Assembly: GCA_965223855.1 (NCBI GenBank)
Contig: CBDCXM010000009.1
Span: 1,888,001 to 1,952,000 of the forward strand
From: Candidatus Multivoradales bacterium
GTDB lineage: Bacteria > Acidobacteriota > Thermoanaerobaculia > Multivoradales > JAHEKO01
DNA length: 64,000 bases
Direction of reading: 5' to 3'
This document shows positions 47,551 through 56,909 of this stretch, piece by piece. The translations under genes and the position numbers were made by a program. The notes beneath the pieces were generated by a model, which searched no databases, was not told the origin of the DNA, and saw only the letters and a list, made by a program, of their open reading frames with translations. The first letter of the stretch is position 1; each line of letters begins with the position of its first letter.

Positions 47551-47581
47551 AGCCGGGACTGCGATCGTCCCGGCTCTTTTT
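47551..47581 (+). terminator. Intrinsic terminator-like hairpin
   Basis: AGCCGGGAC-7 nt-GTCCCGGCT followed by CTTTTT. Confidence 0.6.
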
Positions 47582-47605
47582 CTACTGTTCCGGGGGGACC
47601 ACGAG

Positions 47606-48229
47606 ATGAACCGAACCTTTCTGAGTCTTGCCGCGCTCTTGTTCGCTGCCTCACCTGTACTCGCCGGGGGGATGTGCGTGCCGGAGATCTGCACGTCCGG
47701 TGACTGCACCGTAGATCTGTTCGGCGGTCAGACGATCGACGCCGGAGACGTCACTTACTCCAACGACGACCAGTTCCTCTTCATCCAGATCAACACCGAG
47801 GACGACTGGCAGTTCGACACGCTCCACATCTACGTCGGCGTCGACCCGGTGCCGACGAACGGTGGCGGCAACCCGAGCCCCGGGCAGTTTCCGGTGAAGC
47901 TCGAGTTCAGCAGCCCGATGACGTCGCACACCCAGATGTTCCAGCTCAGCGAGTTCGCCATCGACCCCACCGACCCGAATTGCGACGAAGCTTCACTCCA
48001 CATCGTCGTCCACGCCGAGCTCGAGAACTCCGTCACCGGCCAGGAAGAGACCGGCTTCGCCTGGGGCGACATCGAGTTCCCCGGCAAGCGCTGGGGGTGG
48101 TCCGCCTGCTACGGCGTGCCGTGCGACGAGCCGCCGACCGACTGCGATCCGTTCACCCAGACCGACGAAGAGTTCGATCTGTGCTGCGAGCTCAATCCGA
48201 CGGACCCGGACTGTGAGGACCTGCGCTGA
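47606..48229 (+). CDS. Exported hypothetical protein, paralog 2, Cys-rich acidic C-terminus
   Basis: MNRTFLSLAALLFAASPVLA signal; same domain motifs as 46988-47494. Confidence 0.75.
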   Translation: MNRTFLSLAALLFAASPVLAGGMCVPEICTSGDCTVDLFGGQTIDAGDVTYSNDDQFLFIQINTEDDWQFDTLHIYVGVDPVPTNGGGNPSPGQFPVKLEFSSPMTSHTQMFQLSEFAIDPTDPNCDEASLHIVVHAELENSVTGQEETGFAWGDIEFPGKRWGWSACYGVPCDEPPTDCDPFTQTDEEFDLCCELNPTDPDCEDLR

Positions 48230-48379
48230 GGTAGGTCGCCTACGGGCTGGATGCGAACTCGGCCCGATCGATCTGGAGACTCCTGACGAGCCCGGCGCGC
48301 TGAGGCATCGACGAGCGAGCTGCACTCACGGCGGGCGCCTCAGACACCGGCATCAGCGCCGAGGGATAGCAGCCGACGG

Positions 48380-49183
48380 CTACCAGGTTTTCCAGGGCAC
48401 CTCACCCGAGTTCCACACCTCGTTGAGGTGCAGATAGTCGCGGTAGGTGTCCATCGAGTGCCAGTACTCCTCGTGCGGATAGACGGCGAGTTCGCGCTCG
48501 CGCGCCATGTCGCGCAGCGGCTCGATCTCGAGCAGCAGTGACGCCTTGTCGCTCATGTAGTCGAAGACGCCGCGGTTGAAGACGAAGAAGCCGCCGGAGA
48601 CGAAGCCGTCGGCCACGGTCGGCTTTTCGTTGAACTCGGTCGCCAGTCCGTCTTCGAGGTGCAGCTCGCCGTAGCGTGACGTCGGGTGGACCCCCGTCAC
48701 CGTGGCGACCTTCCCCTTCTCGTAGTGGTAGGCGATCAGGCGGTCGATGTCGACCCGCCCGACGGCATCGCCGTAGGTGAAGAGGAAGGTGTCGGTGTCG
48801 ATGTAATCCTGCACCCGCCAGAGGCGCCCGCCGGTTCCGGTCTCGGCGCCGGTCTCGACGCAGGTGATCTCCCAATCCTCGACGCCGACCTCGTTGTGGA
48901 ACACCGGCGGCGAGGCGTCCATGCGGACGGTGAAGTCGCGCATCATCTCGTGGAAGCGCAGGAAGTACTGCTTGATCACCCACCCCTTGTAGCCGAGGCA
49001 GAGGATGAAGCGTCGCAGCCCGAACTGACCGTAGATCTTCATGATGTGCCACAGGATCGGCATGCCGCCGATCTCGACCATCGGCTTCGGTCGGTACTCG
49101 GTCTCCTCGCGCAGGCGCGTCCCCTGGCCGCCGCACAGGATGACGACCGGCATGTCGGCCTTCGCAGGGCGTTGTGAACTCAT
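48380..49183 (-). CDS. rfbF: Glucose-1-phosphate cytidylyltransferase
   Basis: ILCGGQGTRLREET..PKPMVEIGG.PILWHIMK, TGGRL, TYGD, WHSMDTYRD, PWKTW. Confidence 0.9.
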   Translation of the reverse strand: MSSQRPAKADMPVVILCGGQGTRLREETEYRPKPMVEIGGMPILWHIMKIYGQFGLRRFILCLGYKGWVIKQYFLRFHEMMRDFTVRMDASPPVFHNEVGVEDWEITCVETGAETGTGGRLWRVQDYIDTDTFLFTYGDAVGRVDIDRLIAYHYEKGKVATVTGVHPTSRYGELHLEDGLATEFNEKPTVADGFVSGGFFVFNRGVFDYMSDKASLLLEIEPLRDMARERELAVYPHEEYWHSMDTYRDYLHLNEVWNSGEVPWKTW

Positions 49184-49384
49184 GGAGACTCCGGAGGGTT
49201 GGTGGCCGGCGTAGTGGCGGTGACGGCGGGAGTTTCGGGGTGAACGGCCATGGGGAGGACCCGCGGGGCGGCCAGACGTTACCACGCTGCGACGGTGCTA
49301 CCATCGTCGGCGACGAGGCCTCCCGAGGCCCTCCGGCGGCGGCCGGAGCACGGCTCTCGGGACCCGCGAAAGGAACTCGGAGTC

Positions 49385-50260
49385 GTGGCGAACAAGGGGA
49401 TCATTCTGGCTGGTGGGGCGGGGACGCGCCTGCTGCCGCTGACGGCGTCGACCAGCAAGCAGCTGCTGCCGGTGTACGACAAACCGATGATCCACTATCC
49501 GTTGTCGACGCTGATGCTCGCCGGGATCCGCGACATCCTGGTGATTTCAACTCCACGTGACACGCCCGCGTTCGAAGCGCTCCTCGGGGACGGCGGCCGC
49601 TGGGGGCTGAACCTGAGTTACGCGGTGCAGCCGGAGCCCAAGGGGATCGCCCAGGCCTTCCTCATCGGCGAGTCCTTCATCGCCGGCGATCCGGTCTGTC
49701 TGATCCTGGGCGACAACATCTTCTATGCCGGCGGTTTCGCGAAGACGCTCCAGAGGGTCGCCGCCGAGCGCGAGGGGGCGACGGTCTTCGGCTACTACGT
49801 GCGCGACCCGCGCGCCTACGGAGTCGTCAGCTTCGACGCCGACGGTCGAGCGACGGAGATCGAGGAGAAGCCGGAGCGGCCGAAGTCTCACTACGCCGTG
49901 ACGGGGCTCTACTTCTACGACGAGCAGGTGGTGGACGTCGCCCGCTCGATGCGGCCGTCGGCGCGCGGCGAGCTCGAGATCACCGACGTCAACCGCGACT
50001 ATCTGGAGCGCGGCAAGCTCTCCGTCGAGATCCTGTCGCGCGGCACGGCGTGGCTCGACACCGGCACTCATTCGGCGTTGCTCGACGCCGCCAACTTCGT
50101 GCAGGTCATCGAAGAGCGACAGGGGCTCAAGATCGCCTGCCCGGAAGAAATCGCGTTTCGCATGGGCTACATCGATGCCGCGCGACTCGAGGAGCTTTCC
50201 GACGCCTTCGGCGCCAGCGCCTACGGCGACTATCTGCGAGAGGTCGCGCGGGAATCGTGA
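49385..50260 (+). CDS. rfbA: Glucose-1-phosphate thymidylyltransferase
   Basis: [50 protein letters not shown]. Confidence 0.97.
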   Translation: MANKGIILAGGAGTRLLPLTASTSKQLLPVYDKPMIHYPLSTLMLAGIRDILVISTPRDTPAFEALLGDGGRWGLNLSYAVQPEPKGIAQAFLIGESFIAGDPVCLILGDNIFYAGGFAKTLQRVAAEREGATVFGYYVRDPRAYGVVSFDADGRATEIEEKPERPKSHYAVTGLYFYDEQVVDVARSMRPSARGELEITDVNRDYLERGKLSVEILSRGTAWLDTGTHSALLDAANFVQVIEERQGLKIACPEEIAFRMGYIDAARLEELSDAFGASAYGDYLREVARES

Positions 50261-50816
50261 ACTTCACCGTCGAGGCCTGCCCGCCGCTGCCGAAGTGTGC
50301 GTGGTGCGTCCGCGGGTGCACGGCGACGACCGGGGTTGCTTCCTCGAGACCTGGCGCGAGGACCAGTTCGAGGAGATCGGCCTCGGGGGCCGCTTCGTGC
50401 AGGACAATCAGTCGGTGTCGCGGCGCGGAGTGTTGCGCGGCCTTCACTACCAGCTTTCCCCCGCCGAGCAGGGAAAGCTGGTGCGGGTCGCCCACGGAGC
50501 GGTGTTCGACGTCGCTGTCGATCTGCGCCGTTCGTCGAACACCTTCGGAGCGTGGATCGGCCGGCGACTCGACGGGCAAAGCCACGAGATGCTGTGGATC
50601 CCGCCGGGCTTCGCGCACGGCTTCTACACGCTGTCCGAGACGGCGGTCCTGGTCTATCGCTGTACGGGGGGCTATTCGGCCGAGCACGACCGCTCTCTGC
50701 GCTGGGACGACCCCGGGATCGGGATCGACTGGCCGCTCGCGGACGATGTCGAACTCGAGCTGTCCGACAAGGACCGGGCGGCACCGGGTCTCGCCGACGC
50801 AGAGCTCTTCGCGTGA
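50257..50816 (+). CDS. rfbC: dTDP-4-dehydrorhamnose 3,5-epimerase; one apparent frameshift near 50292
   Basis: [36 protein letters not shown]; GTG 50257 to stop spans 560 bp, one base short of a full frame. Confidence 0.92.
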
Positions 50817-51703
50817 GAGTGCTCCTCACCGGGGCGGCGGGTCAGCTCGGGCGTGAGCTGGTCCGAGAGGCGCCCACCGCCGTCGACCTGGCGGCCTTCG
50901 ACCGGGTCGCCCTCGACCTGACCGACGCCGGGAGAGTGAAGCAACTGGTGACGTCGATCCGGCCGCACGTGATCCTCAATGCCGCCGCCTACACGGCCGT
51001 CGATCGGGCGGAGAAGGAGGTCGCGGCCGCCGAGGCGGCCAATCGCGACGGTGTGGGGGCACTGACGAAGGCGTGCGCAGCCGCAGGAGCACGACTGGTG
51101 CATGTCTCGACCGACTTCGTCTTCGACGGTTCGAAGGACACGCCCTACGTGCCGGGTGATCCCACGGGACCGCTGTCCGTGTACGGCCGCACCAAGCTGG
51201 AGGGCGAGAGGGAGGTAGAACGACTCGGGGAGGCGGGAGTGGTCGTGCGCACTGCGAGGGTCTACTCGGCGCTCGGCGGCAACTTCGTCACGACCATGCT
51301 GAGGCTGATGGCGGAGCGCGACGAATTGCAGGTGGTCGACGATCAGGTCGGCTCCCCGACCTGGGCTCGGGGGCTGGCGCGGACCCTGTGGCGCGCGGCG
51401 TCGGCATCGGTCGAGGGGCGACTCTCGGGGGTCCACCACTGGTGCGACAGTGGCGCTTGCTCGTTTCACGAGTTCGCCGTCGAGATCCGGGAGCTGGGCT
51501 TCGAGCGCGGGCTCACCGACCGAAAGCCCCCGGTCCGGGCGGTTGCGACCGCCGACTATCCGGCGGAGGCGACGCGGCCCACCTACAGTGTTCTCGACTG
51601 CTCGAGCCTCTCCGAGGCACTGGGGGTCGAGCAGCTTCCCTGGCGCGTCGCCCTCGGTAGGATGCTCGACGAAATGGGGGGAAAAGAGGTGCAGCGTGGC
51701 TAG
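50813..51703 (+). CDS. rfbD: dTDP-4-dehydrorhamnose reductase
   Basis: LLTGAAGQLG, NAAAYTAVD, STDFVFDG, YGRTK, DQVGSPT; GTGA overlap. Confidence 0.95.
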   Translation: MRVLLTGAAGQLGRELVREAPTAVDLAAFDRVALDLTDAGRVKQLVTSIRPHVILNAAAYTAVDRAEKEVAAAEAANRDGVGALTKACAAAGARLVHVSTDFVFDGSKDTPYVPGDPTGPLSVYGRTKLEGEREVERLGEAGVVVRTARVYSALGGNFVTTMLRLMAERDELQVVDDQVGSPTWARGLARTLWRAASASVEGRLSGVHHWCDSGACSFHEFAVEIRELGFERGLTDRKPPVRAVATADYPAEATRPTYSVLDCSSLSEALGVEQLPWRVALGRMLDEMGGKEVQRG

Positions 51704-52802
51704 GTTGCTGGTGACCGGAGGGGCCGGCTTCATCGGCGCCAACTTCGTTCACTACTGGCGGCGACGCCATCCGGAAGACCGCATCGTGGTCCTCGATGCG
51801 CTGACCTATGCCGGCCACCGCGCGAGTCTCCCCGATGAGGACCGGACGCTGCGCTTCGTGCATGGGGACATCGTCGATCGCGCCGCCGACGAGTCGCTGT
51901 TGCGCGAAGAGGCGATCGACACGGTCGTTCACTTCGCCGCCGAGTCCCACGTCGATCGCTCGATCGAGGGCCCGGAGAGGTTCGTCGAGGTGAACGTCAA
52001 CGGCACCTGCGCGCTCCTCGAGGCGGCCCGCCGGGTATGGGGCGACGACACGTCAGGTCGGCGCTTCCACCATGTCTCGACCGACGAGGTCTACGGCACA
52101 CTGGGACCGCGCGATGCCGCATTCACCGAGGCGACGCCGTACGCCCCAAACTCCCCGTACGCGGCGAGCAAGGCGGCGGCCGACCATCTCGTGCGCGCGT
52201 ACAACGAGACCTACGCGCTGCCGGTGACGCTCTCGAACTGCTCGAACAACTACGGGCCCTACCACTATCCCGAGAAGCTGATCCCACTCTTCATCGTCAA
52301 CCTTCTCGAGGGTCGTGAACTGCCGGTCTACGGCCAGGGGACCAACGTCCGCGACTGGCTGCACGTGGAAGACCATTGCAGCGGCATCGAAGCGATCCTC
52401 GAGCGCGGCACCGCCGGACGGACCTACAACATCGGCAGCCGCAACGAGAAGACCAATCTCGAAGTGGTCGAGCAGCTCTGCACCGCCGTCGATACCGCCT
52501 TCGAGGGCGACGGCGGACTTGCCGGCCGCTTCCCCGAGGCACCGCCTGCCGGCGGGAAGGCGTGTCGGGAGCGCATTCGCTTCGTCGCCGATCGCCCGGG
52601 ACATGACTTTCGCTACGCCATCGATGCGACGCGCCTCGAAGAGGAGCTCGAATGGCGCCCATCCGTCGGCTTCGCCGAGGGGCTCGAGGCGACGGTGAGG
52701 TGGTATCTCGACAACGAGCCGTGGTGGCGGTCGATTCTCGACGGTGGCGGCTATCGCGCCTGGATCGAGACACAGTATGGCGAGCGTAGCGGTGGCGGCT
52801 GA
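51696..52802 (+). CDS. rfbB: dTDP-glucose 4,6-dehydratase
   Basis: VTGGAGFIG, HFAAESHVDRSI, STDEVYG, YAASK, RPGHD.RY. Confidence 0.97.
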   Translation: MARLLVTGGAGFIGANFVHYWRRRHPEDRIVVLDALTYAGHRASLPDEDRTLRFVHGDIVDRAADESLLREEAIDTVVHFAAESHVDRSIEGPERFVEVNVNGTCALLEAARRVWGDDTSGRRFHHVSTDEVYGTLGPRDAAFTEATPYAPNSPYAASKAAADHLVRAYNETYALPVTLSNCSNNYGPYHYPEKLIPLFIVNLLEGRELPVYGQGTNVRDWLHVEDHCSGIEAILERGTAGRTYNIGSRNEKTNLEVVEQLCTAVDTAFEGDGGLAGRFPEAPPAGGKACRERIRFVADRPGHDFRYAIDATRLEEELEWRPSVGFAEGLEATVRWYLDNEPWWRSILDGGGYRAWIETQYGERSGGG

Positions 52803-54660
52803 GCGCCGCGCGCTGACTCGGTCACTGGCGGCGCTGGCGCTCGTGGCGCTCGCCGGTTGCGGGGCCGCGGCACCGCGAGACAACCCGCTTCCCGAAGCGG
52901 CGCTGGCCGGCGCCGACCGGCACGGCTTCGTCGTCTGGGAGTCGAACCGCTCGGGGAGCTGGAGGATCTGGCGCGCCGGCCTCGGCGGCGGCGACCCGGA
53001 GCAACTGAGCCCCGACGAGGACGGCCGCAGGCACTGCTGCGCGCACATCGCTCCCGATGGCGAGCGTCTCGTCTACCTGAGTCTTCCGTCGGGCCGCCAG
53101 CGCTACTTCGACGGCGACTCGATCGGGCCGCTGCGCTGGCTGGCGACCGACGGCTCGGAGGGCGGCACCCTCGCAGAGTCGGCGCGAACCTATTTCGAGC
53201 ATCGCGCCGCTGTGTGGCTCGACGAGCGCACGGTGAGCTTCATCGACGAGGACGGTGCGGTCAGGACCGTCGATCTCGACGGCGGATCGCGACGGACGCT
53301 GCTCGAATCGGCGGCCGACGGGCGACGCTGGCTCGTCGATCCACAGGGTCGCTGGGCGGCGAGCGGGCTCGCCGTGCTGGCTCCGGTAGAGGAGGGGGGA
53401 CGGCTCGGCGAGGCGGTGCCGCTGCCGGGGTGCCAGCCCTACTTCACCTCCGACGGCCGGTGGGCGTTCTGGACCGCCGGGGCCGGAGGCCCGATCGATC
53501 GCTTCGACCTCGTCGACGGAAGCGCGCAGACTCTCGTCGAGAAGAGCGACCCGAGGTTGCCCGACGATCGCGGCTACCTCTACTTCCCGATGGTCTCCGC
53601 CGACCGCACCCTGCTGGCCATGGCGGCCTCGGACGGCACGCACGACCACTTCCAGGCCGACTACGAGCTGCGGGTCGCGGAGATCGACACCGACACTCTC
53701 GAGTTGCTGGGGCGGGCCAGAGCGATCGCGCCGCATCCTGCGGTCGATCGCTTCCCCGACCTGTGGCGTGCGCCGCTCGCCCTCGGTCGCCGGACGGGCC
53801 AGGCACCGCTCGACGTCGAGTTCGCGGCGCCCGAGACCGTCGAGTGGGTCGTGGAGAAGACCCTGGAAGACGGTGAAGCTCCGGTCGAGCTGCTTCGCGA
53901 AAGCGGCGAGGAGTTGCGGACGACGCTCATTGAGCCGGGCCACTATCTCGTGACGGCCGGCGGCCCGGAGCGTAGCTGGACCGGGGTGGCCGTCGTCACC
54001 CGGACGGAGCCTCCGGAGCCGTTGAATGCCGGATGGCCGAGCTCGCGCCGGGGGTTGCTCTGGAGCTGGGATCCGGCTTCGGGTTCCACGACGCAGCTCG
54101 AGGGAGAGGCTCGGCGACGTCCCGACGGTACCCTCGATCTCTCGGCCGGCTCGATGCTGGCGCTCAAATCGGCCGACCGGCTTCACGCAGGCATGTGGCG
54201 GACCAATCGCTTCACGCTCGAGGTCGCCGCCGAGGGTCGATCGGGCGATGGCCGGTCGTGGCCTGACGGCGCGATCCTGTCGATCGGCCGCGATGCCGGC
54301 AGCGAGAACGTGATGCTCGGCGTCGAGAGCGGTCGTCTCGTGCTCCGGATGCGGGTCGGGCCGAAGCGCGAGCCGTTCGCTCAGGTCGACCTGGGACCCG
54401 CTCCCACCGGCAGCGCACACCTCACCGTCACCTACACGCCCGGGCGGCTGGCGCTCTACCGCGACGGCCGGTTGGCCTTGGAGACCACCGAGCTGCTCGG
54501 CCACTTCTTTCACTGGCGACCGTACCCGTTGTCACTCGGCGACCGGTGGCGCGGCGGGGCGGCCTGGTCCGGATCGCTGTCGCGAGTGGCGGTCTTCGAC
54601 CGCATGCTGCCGCCCGAAGAGATCGCCGGCAACGCACGACGTGCCGGCTTCGGCGGGTAG
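52777..54660 (+). CDS. Lipoprotein with TolB-like propeller and C-terminal LamG/concanavalin-like domain
   Basis: Lipobox LAGC; VWESNRSG, IAPDG, FTSDG repeats; HLTVTY..LYRDG..VAVFDRML LamG pattern. Confidence 0.65.
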   Translation: MASVAVAAERRALTRSLAALALVALAGCGAAAPRDNPLPEAALAGADRHGFVVWESNRSGSWRIWRAGLGGGDPEQLSPDEDGRRHCCAHIAPDGERLVYLSLPSGRQRYFDGDSIGPLRWLATDGSEGGTLAESARTYFEHRAAVWLDERTVSFIDEDGAVRTVDLDGGSRRTLLESAADGRRWLVDPQGRWAASGLAVLAPVEEGGRLGEAVPLPGCQPYFTSDGRWAFWTAGAGGPIDRFDLVDGSAQTLVEKSDPRLPDDRGYLYFPMVSADRTLLAMAASDGTHDHFQADYELRVAEIDTDTLELLGRARAIAPHPAVDRFPDLWRAPLALGRRTGQAPLDVEFAAPETVEWVVEKTLEDGEAPVELLRESGEELRTTLIEPGHYLVTAGGPERSWTGVAVVTRTEPPEPLNAGWPSSRRGLLWSWDPASGSTTQLEGEARRRPDGTLDLSAGSMLALKSADRLHAGMWRTNRFTLEVAAEGRSGDGRSWPDGAILSIGRDAGSENVMLGVESGRLVLRMRVGPKREPFAQVDLGPAPTGSAHLTVTYTPGRLALYRDGRLALETTELLGHFFHWRPYPLSLGDRWRGGAAWSGSLSRVAVFDRMLPPEEIAGNARRAGFGG

Positions 54661-54690
54661 CGCCACTCGAGGCCTGGCCTCCGCGACGGC

Positions 54691-56898
54691 TCAGTCGACG
54701 TAGCCGAGCGCCCGCAGGTTGCGGGTCACCTCGTCGCTGACCTCGGCGGCTTCGGTGCCGGGCTGGAGAGCCGCCGCCAGTTCGATCCACGCCCGCAGCC
54801 GGCCGCGCAGCCAGTCGGTCTCGAGCAAACGCTCCCCGGCGAGGTTCGACTGCTCGCCGGGATCGGCGGTCAGATCGAAGACGTACTCCGGCTCACGGTC
54901 GCGCCCCGGGCCGGTGCCCATGCCCCACTGGGTGTTGCGCCGCGGCGCCCAGACGAGCTTGTGCCCGGAGGTGAAGGAGGCGTAGATCCCGCCGTCGACT
55001 CCCGGAGCGGCAGCGAAGAGCACCTCCGGCGGCCCCGCGGGCCCGGTTCCTACTGATCCGGTGTTCCCCAGGAGCTCGGGCCAGAGCGAGCGGCCGGTGA
55101 GGGGCAGCGGCGCGTGAGCCTCGGCAAGCTGTCTCAACGTGACGTGGACGTCCTGGGTGCTCGTCGGGCGGTCGACGACGCCTGGCTTGAGCCGGCCGGG
55201 CCACCAGACCACCAGGGGGATCCTCAGTTGATGGCCGTAAAGCGAGAAGCCGTGCAGCAGGCCCTCGTGGTCGAAGAGCTCCTCTCCGTGGTCGGCGGTG
55301 ACGACGAGGAGCACCTCGCCCGGTTCGAAGCGTCGCTCGATCTCTGCGAGAAGCACTCCGAGCTGCTCGTCGCCATAGGCGACGCTGGCGCGATAGAGGT
55401 CGAGGATCCGTCTCCGGTCCGCCGTGCCGGCACGCCGCTCTCCCTTGCGCAACCGGATGAGCGTGGCGGAGCCGCCGTCGATCGTCGACGGTGCCGCGGG
55501 GTCGGGCTCCGGCTCGAGGCGGGGAGGCGGGGCGTAGGGGTTGTGCGGGTGCACCGGATGCACATAGAGGAAGCCCGGTCGCGCCAGGCCGTCGAGCCAC
55601 TCGAGGGCGGCCGGATGGACCCATTCGGCGTTGTCGTTGTAGGCGCCGCGCGGATGGGTGTCGTAGAGCACGTCCGGATCGTGGGCCTCGAAGCCGCGCG
55701 TCAACCCGTAGGCGTCCGAGACGTAGATGTTGCCCGAGAAGAGACCGGTCGCCCTGCCGGCCTCTGCGAACGCCTCCGCCAGGACCGGTGGGTCTGCGGC
55801 GAGTGCACCCGCGTCGCCGAGCACCGGCCGCCCCGTGAAGAGGGTGACGGTGGAGGGCAACGTGTTGGGCGCCAACGAATGGTGGGCGCGAAACGACACC
55901 CCTTCGCGAGCCAGTCGGTCGAGGGTGGGGGTGACGCTCGCCGCGCCCTCCCGGCCGCCGATCGCATCGGCTCGTAGCGCGTCGAAGACGTAGAGGACTA
56001 TCAGTCTTGGAGGATCCGGCAGCCGCGGAGGATCCGGCAGTCGCGGAGGATCCGGCAGTCGTGGAGGATCGGGAACGGTGGCCGCTCGTTCGGTGCGAGG
56101 CGGTTGGACGAACTCGAGATTCCGCCACGTGGCCTCATCGCCGGTGCCCCGAGCCAGCAGCCGGAGTCGCACCAGCCCCTCGCGGTTCGCGAGGTCCGCC
56201 TCGAAGTCGCTTCCGCGCCCCCAGGACGGACCCGTCCCGGGGCGGTGGAGAAGCTCGCGCACTTCGCCGTCCTCGTCCTCGACTCTCAGCGAGAAGGTCT
56301 GCTCCCGCCGCATCGTCTCCGGCAGCTCGAGGGTCCCTCGCAGTCTGGTGTCGGCCGGCAGCCAGCGGACGAAGTCGACGGCCGAGTTGCCGGCCTGCAA
56401 CACCGCGGAATCCTCAATTCGAACCCGGCCCGGCGGCAGCGCTTGATCGAAGGTCGCGCGCTCGATGCCGACCTCGCTCCCCTCCGGCCAGACGAAGTCG
56501 ACCGTCGCTCGTCCGATCGGCAGCGGCGGCAGTTCGACGGCCGTCGGGTCGAGCGGCAGCGTGGCGACGGAGCGCCCGCTCACCCGGACGTCGACCGCTC
56601 CCGACGCAGGGAGGGAGTGGACGCGGGTCGCGAAGCGCAGGGTCCTCTGCCGCGATTCGAGAGAGACGACCTCGATCCTCGCCGGCCGCCGGTAGGCGAC
56701 CATCCTCACAGTCCCGGCCTCGACCCACCCCCACCAGCCGTGGAGGAACCGGTTGCCCTCCTGGGAAGGAGGGAAGTCGAGGTCACGCGCCTCGACGAGA
56801 ATGTCAGGGCGCTGTAGCGGATCCAGGAGCGGCGTTCCCTCCGGCGGCTCGCCGCAGGCGAGGGCGAGGAGGAGGCCGGAGGCCGCGAGCGCTCGCAC
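54691..56898 (-). CDS. Sulfatase-fold lipoprotein with an N-terminal beta-rich region
   Basis: GTG 56898, LALAC lipobox; LYVFDALRAD, APNTLPS, HPVHPH, TADHGEE, LRALGYV. The track start at 57180 is over-extended. Confidence 0.8.
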   Translation of the reverse strand: MRALAASGLLLALACGEPPEGTPLLDPLQRPDILVEARDLDFPPSQEGNRFLHGWWGWVEAGTVRMVAYRRPARIEVVSLESRQRTLRFATRVHSLPASGAVDVRVSGRSVATLPLDPTAVELPPLPIGRATVDFVWPEGSEVGIERATFDQALPPGRVRIEDSAVLQAGNSAVDFVRWLPADTRLRGTLELPETMRREQTFSLRVEDEDGEVRELLHRPGTGPSWGRGSDFEADLANREGLVRLRLLARGTGDEATWRNLEFVQPPRTERAATVPDPPRLPDPPRLPDPPRLPDPPRLIVLYVFDALRADAIGGREGAASVTPTLDRLAREGVSFRAHHSLAPNTLPSTVTLFTGRPVLGDAGALAADPPVLAEAFAEAGRATGLFSGNIYVSDAYGLTRGFEAHDPDVLYDTHPRGAYNDNAEWVHPAALEWLDGLARPGFLYVHPVHPHNPYAPPPRLEPEPDPAAPSTIDGGSATLIRLRKGERRAGTADRRRILDLYRASVAYGDEQLGVLLAEIERRFEPGEVLLVVTADHGEELFDHEGLLHGFSLYGHQLRIPLVVWWPGRLKPGVVDRPTSTQDVHVTLRQLAEAHAPLPLTGRSLWPELLGNTGSVGTGPAGPPEVLFAAAPGVDGGIYASFTSGHKLVWAPRRNTQWGMGTGPGRDREPEYVFDLTADPGEQSNLAGERLLETDWLRGRLRAWIELAAALQPGTEAAEVSDEVTRNLRALGYVD
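56002..56073 (-). repeat. 18-bp tandem repeat x4 encoding (PDPPRL)4
   Basis: CAG(T/C)C(T/G)(T/C)GGAGGATC(C/G)GG four times. Confidence 0.95.
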
Positions 56899-56909
56899 CG
56901 GAGTCGCGA

